Source of the DNA: a virus
Direction: 5' to 3' (one strand)
DNA: 64,000 nucleotides
Virus record (IMG/VR): IMGVR_UViG_3300036795_000108
Location: 1 to 64,000 of that record
Translations under genes and position numbers: made by a program
Shown: positions 28,770 to 36,238 of the stretch, one piece after another
How the letters are laid out: every line of letters starts with the position of its first letter
Numbering within the stretch: position 1 is the stretch's first letter
Notes under the pieces: model-generated
Seen by the model: the letters and a program-made list of their open reading frames with translations, nothing else
Told to the model about the DNA's origin: nothing
The model's database searches: none

Positions 28770-29545
28770 GCGTCGGCGCGGAGGGCCTGAACCTCGTCGC
28801 GTCCGTCATCGCGCGAGACGAGCTGGCGAGATATCAACCCGCGCTCGTCCACCACCTGAGCGGCTGGGTTGACGAGGTCAGGGTCCTCGATGACTGCAGC
28901 ACCGACGGGACCTACCAGGCCCTCGAAGCGCTCGGGCCTAAGGTCCACGTCCAGCACATCCTCGGCGCGAGCGCGTGGGACATGTTCGGCGAAGGAGCCG
29001 CCCGGCAGCAGGCCCTCGAATGGGCGATGCAAGCCCGCCCGACACACGTCCTCCACGTCGACGCCGACGAGGTCATCCCGGACGGCAAGCTGCTGCGCCG
29101 CGCGATCCTGCGCAACCCCGACTGTGACGTGTTCACCCTGACGATGCGGGAGATCTGGAAGCGCGACGGGATCCCGTGGCAGGAACGCGTCGACGGGCAG
29201 TGGGGGCCGCGGGAATGCCCGATCCTATGGCGGGTGCCCGACTCTGCGCGGCGGACCGGGGAGCTACCCGATGGCTACAACATCCGGCCGGTGAAGCTCG
29301 CCAGCGGCCGGGAACCAGAGATCGTCGCGACGCTCGGCGCGTTCGGGGATGCGGTCCGCACCGGCGTGGACATTCTGCACTTGGGTTGGAGTGACCCGGC
29401 GGAGCGCCGGCCCCGGTATGACCGGTACATGCAGATCGACGGGGGTGAGCATCACGCGTCCGAGCATCTGCTGTCCATCATCGAGCCGCCCGAGCTTGAG
29501 CCCTACCCGGCGCATCACGGCGTGCTGGGGTCTTCTACCTCATAG
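28766..29545 (+). CDS. Glycosyltransferase family 2-like
   Basis: VIARDE...VLDDCSTDGT...LHVDADE...ILHLGW; GTGA overlap with upstream GT. Confidence 0.85.
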   Translation: MSVGAEGLNLVASVIARDELARYQPALVHHLSGWVDEVRVLDDCSTDGTYQALEALGPKVHVQHILGASAWDMFGEGAARQQALEWAMQARPTHVLHVDADEVIPDGKLLRRAILRNPDCDVFTLTMREIWKRDGIPWQERVDGQWGPRECPILWRVPDSARRTGELPDGYNIRPVKLASGREPEIVATLGAFGDAVRTGVDILHLGWSDPAERRPRYDRYMQIDGGEHHASEHLLSIIEPPELEPYPAHHGVLGSSTS

Positions 29546-29811
29546 GCCGCGCCGCGTGCGACATGCTCGCCGCCGGCTGGAAGTTGGGACTCTCCGACCT
29601 TGCGGTACGCCACCGTGTCGGCGACATCCTCGTCCGCCTGCCTCGCATCCCACATCGCGAGAGCCTCCCCGTCGACCCCTTGGAGGACCAGCAGGTGATC
29701 TGGCAAGGGCCACGCGCGTTCCTCGCTTGGGATGGAGATCGTCTTCCCCGCGAACGGGTCGTCTTGGAAGCGGAGCAGAAACCCGCGCGGATCCAAAGCA
29801 GTCATCGTCAT
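29515..29811 (-). CDS. Hypothetical protein
   Basis: AAGGA RBS, follows the upstream stop by 2 nt. Confidence 0.55.
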   Translation of the reverse strand: MTMTALDPRGFLLRFQDDPFAGKTISIPSEERAWPLPDHLLVLQGVDGEALAMWDARQADEDVADTVAYRKVGESQLPAGGEHVARGAAYEVEDPSTP

Positions 29812-29813
29812 CG

Positions 29814-30629
29814 TTATTCCTTTTCTGTTTGTTGCTTCACACCGTTGACGTAGTCAAGGGCATGCTGGCCACTGCCGAAGTAGAAATCGCGCCAGCCATC
29901 CTCACTCCATCGCAGGCCCCCGATGCCCGTGCGGAGCGCGTCGACTGCCAAGTCCCACCGCTCCTGATCGCTGAGGTCGTACCAGACATCCCAGTCCCGC
30001 GCGTCGGGGTCGTCGCCCTCAACGCGATCGGCAGGATCGCGGACGCCGATCAGCGGCGGTATCCACGTCTTGCCCTCGAACGCGACGTAGGCGTTCGGGA
30101 ACGACTCGCAGACGCTGTAGCTGGTGACGACGATCTCGCCGGCGCGGAGCACGCGACACGCCTCGCGCCAGCCGGACGGGTAGTCGCCGTGGCCCTCGCG
30201 GAACACGCTGGTCTTGAACCCATCCTCGATCAGGCCGGCGATGAACTCGCCGTCCTCGGGCTCGACGTAGCCGTGGATCTCGCACTGGCCGTGGACGCGG
30301 GCGGCGAGCGCCATAGGCGCCGAGCCGACGCGCAGACAGGTATTGAGAACTGTCGCGAAGATCTCCTCACCATCGGCAAAGTGCTGCGGCCCGCAGCTCT
30401 GGAGAAACATCTCGAACTCGTGGTCAATCTGGTTTCCCCAGCCGGAGTGCTGCTGGTGAGCAGTGTCGTGGATGTAGTGGTCTGACGGGACCAGCGCCAC
30501 CTTCTCCTCGCTGCGGAGTATCCCGAAGATCCCGGCCGCGAAGTGGTTGCAGAGCTGCCCCATGTAGGCGCGTTCAGTCCCGTAGACCTCGACAGTCTCG
30601 GTGGGGGTGTGGAAGTAGATCCGGCTCAT
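29814..30629 (-). CDS. Hypothetical acidic phage protein
   Basis: 271-aa ORF with typical codon usage. Confidence 0.65.
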   Translation of the reverse strand: MSRIYFHTPTETVEVYGTERAYMGQLCNHFAAGIFGILRSEEKVALVPSDHYIHDTAHQQHSGWGNQIDHEFEMFLQSCGPQHFADGEEIFATVLNTCLRVGSAPMALAARVHGQCEIHGYVEPEDGEFIAGLIEDGFKTSVFREGHGDYPSGWREACRVLRAGEIVVTSYSVCESFPNAYVAFEGKTWIPPLIGVRDPADRVEGDDPDARDWDVWYDLSDQERWDLAVDALRTGIGGLRWSEDGWRDFYFGSGQHALDYVNGVKQQTEKE

Positions 30630-31243
30630 GAATTAGATGACGGCGGCGGCGACTTCTTCTCGTAGATCGGCACCCACGTCAACCCCGGTCCCGCAGGTGG
30701 CTGGCCGAACTTCGCAGGCCACCACTTACCGGTCCCAACAAGCCGCCACCCCTTCAGATACCTGGGAGTGGTCATTGGCAACCGTGCGACTCGGCAAGTC
30801 GCGCTCGGGCGAACTCGCGGTTACGCTCACCCTCCAAGGCGTCGCGAGCAGGCTCCTCCGACTCGGCGGCCGCCAACACCTGCTCCGCGAGCATCAACGC
30901 CGCCTCGCGCTGATTGACCGGGGATCTGCTATTCAGCACCCGCTCGGCCAGCAGCGACCAGACCGACGGGATCAGGACACGCCCATCGCGTGTCACCTCC
31001 GGACGAAACGACTTCATAGTCCCATCTCCATCGGGTCGAGTTGGCAGGCGGTCGACGCGCAGTCGAACACCCCATGCGTCCGGCAGGGCGGGGTGCCTTG
31101 GTCATCGTAGGAGCACACCGAGCCGTCCGGGCAGATGATCGTGATGGAGCCGTCCGGGCTTGGGATGATCCGTAGGGACGCGCCTGTATAGGCCAGCGAT
31201 GTCTCCTCGATCCGGGCGTCCTGCTCATGGGTCGTAAGGCTCA

Positions 31244-31459
31244 TCAGGAATCCTTCGTCTGCGTTGGATACGCGCAGAAGTCGCCGGTCGGATCGACCCG
31301 CACATAGATCCCCGCGGCCGTGGACTCTCCGCAGTGGCAACACCGTCCGGTCGGGGGGGCGAGGATGCCTATTGGCTCGCGTCCGGGTTCGTTGATGAAC
31401 TCGGGCCAGCACCTAGTGCAGAGAGGCTGCGTCCAGCTAAAGCGTTGCTCAGGGGCCAT
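31244..31459 (-). CDS. Small zinc-binding protein
   Basis: CTRCW...CCHCG; first gene after the promoter copy at 31506. Confidence 0.55.
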   Translation of the reverse strand: MAPEQRFSWTQPLCTRCWPEFINEPGREPIGILAPPTGRCCHCGESTAAGIYVRVDPTGDFCAYPTQTKDS

Positions 31460-31505
31460 CAAATCCTCTTTTCGTAGGGGCGCCTGTTCGGGAAGCGCTC
31501 CGCCT

Positions 31506-31515
31506 AAGTATAACG
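31506..31515 (-). promoter_or_regulatory. CGTTATACTT promoter motif (1 mismatch) with CCCGAAC leader hairpin
   Basis: Divergent intergenic region. Confidence 0.8.
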
Positions 31516-31548
31516 GAGCGTCAAGCGGATGTGATGTAGGCTCCCGCC

Positions 31549-31785
31549 ATGCCGAAACTCTGGACCCCACCAGCGGAGCCCGAACTCGAGCTAGGGCGCC
31601 GGCCCGGCATCCGCTTCAACGTGCCCGAAGCGCAGTTGCGCGCCGCGGTCCGGCAGCAGGCTGCGGCCGAGCAGATCCGCGCCGCCGAAGAGATCACCCG
31701 CGCTACCCGCCGTGCAGCCAAAGCCGCGAAGCGTAAGGCGCACGCGGTCGCTCGCAAACGCGCCCAGCTTGAGCGGCAGCGGTGA
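31549..31785 (+). CDS. Small basic protein (leaderless)
   Basis: TAGGCT-N6-ATG; first of four coupled plus-strand ORFs (others 31782-31994, 31991-32215, 32212-32949). Confidence 0.55.
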   Translation: MPKLWTPPAEPELELGRRPGIRFNVPEAQLRAAVRQQAAAEQIRAAEEITRATRRAAKAAKRKAHAVARKRAQLERQR

Positions 31786-32211
31786 TGCGCCCCCGAGCTG
31801 CCCGGTCGATCGTGCGGTGGATCTCCGCCGCGATGGACCGCAGCTACGCCGCCTACCTCGACAACCACGAGGAGCTGTCGCAGTCCTGGGCTGCTGTCTT
31901 CCGCTGGCGCCAGCGAGTTGGTCTGAAGCTCGCGGTCGTGATTGACCGTGACGCGGCGTTGGATCAGATGGCGAACGAAGGGTGGTGGGGATGAGACAGA
32001 TCCCGCCGATGCCCAAGATCCCGGCCGACTACACGGCCCTCATCACCACGCACGACGGCTGGTGGTTCCGCTACACCGTCACCCGCCACCACGGCATGTT
32101 CAACCTGGAGCGCACGCACAGCCATCACCGCACACTACGCGGCGCACGGCGAAGCGCCCGACGGTGGACGGCTCGCAATGAGACATCCGAGCCGCAGGTC
32201 GTGGAGTGGAC

Positions 32212-32949
32212 GTGACGGTCCCGCTCGTCATCGCCTGCCCCGCGTACCGTCGAGCTTGGATTCTCCCGAGGTGGTTTGACTCGGTCCAGGCCCAGCACCC
32301 GCCGGACGGAACGCGCTACGTGTTCGCGCTCAGCTACGACGAAGACGGCCGGGATCCCGACGGGACCGCCGCGGTGATTCAACAACGATGCCCCGCCGCG
32401 GAGATCCTCGACGTGCCCGGCATCGGCTTCGAGGACTCCGAACGCGACAGCGAGCACCGCTACGCCTACCTAGCCGACATCCGCAACCGGCTGCTGCGGA
32501 TCGTCGCGGCCATCGGACCGGCCTACTACCTGAGCCTCGACAGCGACATCCTCATGCGCCCAGACGCGCTCTCCGCCCTCCTGCGGGCCGCAGACGGCAG
32601 GGGCGCAGTCGGCGGCCTTATCGACATGGGAGGCGCCCAGATGCCCGGACACTGGTCCTGGATGCACCTCGACGGCGACGACGCCTACCGCTCCAACCAG
32701 AGGGTCCCGCTCGCGACTGACTGGCCCGGACCGATCGGCGAGAACGAGGCGATGCCGCAACTCCCCAGTCGCCTGCGGGTCGGCGTCATCATGGGCTGCA
32801 AGCTGATGAGCCCCAACGCCTACCGCAACGCCCGCTACGCCGACCACGTCGACGGCGAAGACGTCGGCTGGGCAATCCAAGCCCGTGCGATGAACGTGCC
32901 GCTCTGGCTCGTCCCGGCCGCCCGAGGCGAGCACATCCTGCGCTACTAG
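32212..32949 (+). CDS. Glycosyltransferase (GT-A fold)
   Basis: IACPAYRR...LADIRNRLL...YLSLDSDIL...GEDVGW. Confidence 0.85.
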   Translation: MTVPLVIACPAYRRAWILPRWFDSVQAQHPPDGTRYVFALSYDEDGRDPDGTAAVIQQRCPAAEILDVPGIGFEDSERDSEHRYAYLADIRNRLLRIVAAIGPAYYLSLDSDILMRPDALSALLRAADGRGAVGGLIDMGGAQMPGHWSWMHLDGDDAYRSNQRVPLATDWPGPIGENEAMPQLPSRLRVGVIMGCKLMSPNAYRNARYADHVDGEDVGWAIQARAMNVPLWLVPAARGEHILRY

Positions 32950-33293
32950 GCCACGCGGCTGTCGGCATGCTCAGCCAGCGCCCGCAGACGCTCGGCCAGT
33001 AGCAGCGCCTGACGTCTGGTCAACTCGCCGCAACGCTTGTCCTCCGACCACGGCGGCGCCGCCAACCCCAGCCACAGCGACCGGGCCGACACCAATCCCA
33101 TCCGCCTCGGCCACGACATCACGTCGAGCGCGCGGACGTTACGCAGCTCCGCGGGGGCCTGCTCTAGCAACTCCGCGACCATCCGCAGTCCCGCCGGCCG
33201 CGACGCCGCACGGACACGATGGTGATGGCGGGCCTGCAGCTTGCGCGCCCGCGTCGCCTTATCGAACGACGGGACTCTCCTCAAGTCGACCAT
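32946..33293 (-). CDS. Second mIHF-like (H2TH) protein, basic variant
   Basis: VAELLEQAPAELRNVRALDVMSWPRRMGLVSARSLW...SEDKRCGELTRRQALLLA; AGGAGG RBS. Confidence 0.55.
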   Translation of the reverse strand: MVDLRRVPSFDKATRARKLQARHHHRVRAASRPAGLRMVAELLEQAPAELRNVRALDVMSWPRRMGLVSARSLWLGLAAPPWSEDKRCGELTRRQALLLAERLRALAEHADSRVA

Positions 33294-33327
33294 TTCCTCC
33301 TCCTCCGCAGGGAGATCATAGGCCGAG

Positions 33328-33337
33328 GAGTATAACG
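33328..33337 (-). promoter_or_regulatory. CGTTATACTC promoter motif (rightmost copy)
   Basis: Exact 10-mer directly after the terminator hairpin. Confidence 0.8.
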
Positions 33338-33341
33338 CTGA

Positions 33342-33381
33342 ACAGGAGCCCCCGGCGCGAGACGCGGAACGCCGAGGGCTC
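33342..33381 (-). terminator. Hairpin closing the late/lysis operon
   Basis: GAGCCCTCGGCG...CGCCGGGGGCTC-CTGTT. Confidence 0.55.
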
Positions 33382-33408
33382 TACCGTCCAGGCTACGCAA
33401 CCGGAAGG

Positions 33409-33651
33409 CTACTCCGTTGCCTGGGCCTCCAGGAACTGCTTGACCTGCTCGGTGCTGAACACCTCCACGTTCGTCACCGCGTCGTCGCAGACGATCACGC
33501 TGACATCCCGCGGCAGGCGACCATGCAGAAGGCCCTTCGCGCGCTCCATCGCCTCCCGGGTCGCGTTCTTCATCCGGACGACCACCACATCCCCCGACTT
33601 GGGCGTGAACGCCTTCATCTCCTCGATCTCCGATGGCTGCTCGACGGTCAT
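33409..33651 (-). CDS. Hypothetical protein
   Basis: ATGA-coupled to holin. Confidence 0.55.
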   Translation of the reverse strand: MTVEQPSEIEEMKAFTPKSGDVVVVRMKNATREAMERAKGLLHGRLPRDVSVIVCDDAVTNVEVFSTEQVKQFLEAQATE

Positions 33652-34112
33652 GCCGGGCTCGCATCGTTGCTGATCGCCGGGCGAGCGTTCGTGCCGCCAC
33701 CCAGTTTGACTGAGATCCCCGACGGCTTCCACACCACGACATGGGTCAGGAACGCCGCGATGACCGCCGAAATCACGAGCTGGTAGGTCGTGTTGTTGAA
33801 CCCGATCACGTTGGTCGACAGCGCCGTGTAAAGAGCCGACGCGCCGGCCGCGACTAACGCTAGGACGATCCCCTTGATCGGCTCTGACACCCACGGCGCG
33901 TAGTGATTCAGGACGTAGGTCACCAGCGGAACCAGCGAGCCGATCACCAGCGTCCAAAGCTGGGTCTGGGGCAGCACCAGATAGGTCGGCGTCTTGACCG
34001 GCACGTCCGCGAGCGCGTTGCCAGCCACCGCGAGCATGACCAGCAGGAACACGAACGTCGCCCCCAGTAGCAGCAGCCATCGCCGCGACTGCCGTCTTGC
34101 GACTCCCTGCAT
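33648..34112 (-). CDS. Putative holin
   Basis: Four hydrophobic segments, follows the lysin genes; AAAGGAGG RBS. Confidence 0.7.
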   Translation of the reverse strand: MQGVARRQSRRWLLLLGATFVFLLVMLAVAGNALADVPVKTPTYLVLPQTQLWTLVIGSLVPLVTYVLNHYAPWVSEPIKGIVLALVAAGASALYTALSTNVIGFNNTTYQLVISAVIAAFLTHVVVWKPSGISVKLGGGTNARPAISNDASPA

Positions 34113-34125
34113 AGAGATTCCTCCT

Positions 34126-34653
34126 TTAGAGCAGCCCGCCGACGGCGAGCAGGGTTGGGTAGTGACCGCGCGCCACGTGGTACGCGGTCTCATCCTTGTA
34201 GCGGACGTAGTTAGACGAGAACGCCAAACCGTGTGAGCAAAGCAAGGGGTTATCGCCATCGGGCTGCATCACCATCGTGACGTGAACGCTGCCGCTGGGC
34301 CCGTAGGTGATGATCGTCCCGGCGCGTACATTCGCGATGCCCTCGAAGTGCGGGAGTACCTGCCACATGTCCTCGCTGTCGGCCTCAAAGCCAAAGCGGC
34401 CGAAGCCCTTCCAGCCCGACCACTTAGTAGTCCAATTGATCGTGGCACGACAATCGGCAGGCCACTTATCGCCAGCCTTGAAACGCTGCTCGGCCACCGC
34501 CATGCTGTACGGCAGCCAGTTCAAGCCACCCCCGAACTCATAGCTGATCGACTTCGGGCCGTGAGCGACGAGAAACGCGCAGTGAGCAACCGCTCCCGTC
34601 CGCCGCTTCTCAGCACTGACCTTCTTCGCGCCCGGCGTCCACAGCGATGTCAC
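34126..34653 (-). CDS. NlpC/P60-CHAP-like peptidoglycan peptidase
   Basis: ADCRATINW...GTIITYG...HVTMV Cys-His dyad; lysis position. Confidence 0.6.
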   Translation of the reverse strand: MTSLWTPGAKKVSAEKRRTGAVAHCAFLVAHGPKSISYEFGGGLNWLPYSMAVAEQRFKAGDKWPADCRATINWTTKWSGWKGFGRFGFEADSEDMWQVLPHFEGIANVRAGTIITYGPSGSVHVTMVMQPDGDNPLLCSHGLAFSSNYVRYKDETAYHVARGHYPTLLAVGGLL

Positions 34654-35840
34654 GAATACGCCTTCTCGATCTTCGCTACCACCGTCTGCCGATGGCGATA
34701 CTCGCGGTTCAGCGACAGGCAGCGACGATGAGTCACCACACGGTTGATCGGCTTCAGCGCCTTCGTGGTGGCATGCAACGCCTTCTCGCGCTTGGCTCGC
34801 TTGGTATGGGGATGCTGGTGCAGTTGCTTGCGGAAGTAGGTCCGGCGAGCCACCAGCGTCGAATAGACCTTGACCTCCTTCACGCAGCCGCGCGACCGGT
34901 ACAGGTGACGGTTGTGCTGCTCGCTGAGCAGATCGCCCGCGACCTCCTTATGGATCGTCCGGCACGTCTTCGAGCCCGCCGCGTGCTTACCGAAGCAGAT
35001 CGGCCGGGCCGGCTTCTGCTTATACGGGACCTGGCCGTAATCCGCGCAGCTCGCATAGTCATAGTCGACGCTGTAGCCCGACAGGTAGTGATTGATCGAC
35101 GCCTGATACAGGCACGCCCGGGAGCGGTGCCCGTAGCTCCAGGCGACCGTCTGCCAGTCGTTACGAGCCGTCGTCAGACCATCGGCCTCCAACCCCGCGA
35201 CGACCGCATCGGAGCCGTAGACACCCGTCCGGGATCCCAGCACCGACTTGACCCCGGTGAAGTAGCTGCGCACCGCCGCGGCCGACGTTTCGGTATCCAC
35301 CGCGAAATGGATCGGAACGTAGGTCGGGAAGCCGACCTCCGCGGCCTCGTGTCGCGCCGCCTCCGCATCCCTCACGCCACTGGAATAGCCGGTCAGGGCT
35401 CTAGCCGCCGACGTCTCCCAGACGACGCACGCGGCGCCGTGGGCCTCCCAGGCCCGCAAGCCCGCCGCCGTCCAGTCCTTACCGCCCGGATAGCCGCTCA
35501 GGTACGTGCAGTCGAACTTGGCGTAGGCGATCCTCGTGCTGACCGCCCCGTAGCTGTCAACACCGAACGTCGACGCTGACGCCTTCGGGGCCGGCAGGGT
35601 CGGAAGCTGAGCCTGGCCCGGCGCGGCCGCAGCGCACTGCATGTAGTAGCCCGGTGCCTGCGGATCAGCCGGGCACGGCTTGCCCTTCACCGGCGTCACG
35701 ACCGGCGGGGTCGCGACCGCCCGGATCGTCGTTGAGGATCCCGGGCCGATCACCCCGACCGACAACAGCACAACCGCGGCGATCAGCAGGACCAGTGCAA
35801 CGGCCCCCATGACGACGCGCACCAGCGTCTGCCTGTTCAT
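34650..35840 (-). CDS. Endolysin, DUF1906 (GH25-like) domain with N-terminal signal/anchor
   Basis: PIHFAVD...YFTGVKSVLG..RTGVYGS...WQTVAWS; hydrophobic N-terminus. Confidence 0.8.
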   Translation of the reverse strand: MNRQTLVRVVMGAVALVLLIAAVVLLSVGVIGPGSSTTIRAVATPPVVTPVKGKPCPADPQAPGYYMQCAAAAPGQAQLPTLPAPKASASTFGVDSYGAVSTRIAYAKFDCTYLSGYPGGKDWTAAGLRAWEAHGAACVVWETSAARALTGYSSGVRDAEAARHEAAEVGFPTYVPIHFAVDTETSAAAVRSYFTGVKSVLGSRTGVYGSDAVVAGLEADGLTTARNDWQTVAWSYGHRSRACLYQASINHYLSGYSVDYDYASCADYGQVPYKQKPARPICFGKHAAGSKTCRTIHKEVAGDLLSEQHNRHLYRSRGCVKEVKVYSTLVARRTYFRKQLHQHPHTKRAKREKALHATTKALKPINRVVTHRRCLSLNREYRHRQTVVAKIEKAYS

Positions 35841-35893
35841 CCTCGCTCCTCGTCCGTTCGCGTGCCGAGGATGCTAGGGAAGTCCGCAGGCGC

Positions 35894-36217
35894 CTACTTC
35901 GAGCGTGACCGGCGCCCCCGGGGCTTCGACGCGGGCTTCTCGTCCTCGCCGGACATCGCCTCCGCCACGACCCCGTCGACCTCGGTCAACTCCACGATGC
36001 GTCCCAGACCCCGCAGGAACCCCACAGCGGCCGTCATCCGATCCGGCCCGATGTCCTTGCCCTCCCCCCAGTTGCGAAGCTGAGATTCGTCGCAGCCGGG
36101 CTGCCGGTGGACGTAGTTATAGACCGCGTTCGCGTCCTGGATGAGCTGATCGAGATCATCGCCATTCACGTCGGCATGGAGCCGCGCGTGGATGGTCTTG
36201 TCGGAGAAGAACGCCAC
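35894..36217 (-). CDS. Hypothetical protein (leaderless)
   Basis: TAGGAT-N6-GTG. Confidence 0.6.
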   Translation of the reverse strand: MAFFSDKTIHARLHADVNGDDLDQLIQDANAVYNYVHRQPGCDESQLRNWGEGKDIGPDRMTAAVGFLRGLGRIVELTEVDGVVAEAMSGEDEKPASKPRGRRSRSK

Positions 36218-36238
36218 GGGCGAATCCTAACCGACCGA

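Noticed and set aside
30630-30775. Apparent non-coding gap as tRNA/ncRNA (also 5391-5570)
   Set aside because: Both contain short minus-strand ORFs coupled to neighbours by ATGA/GTGA overlaps; no cloverleaf seen.
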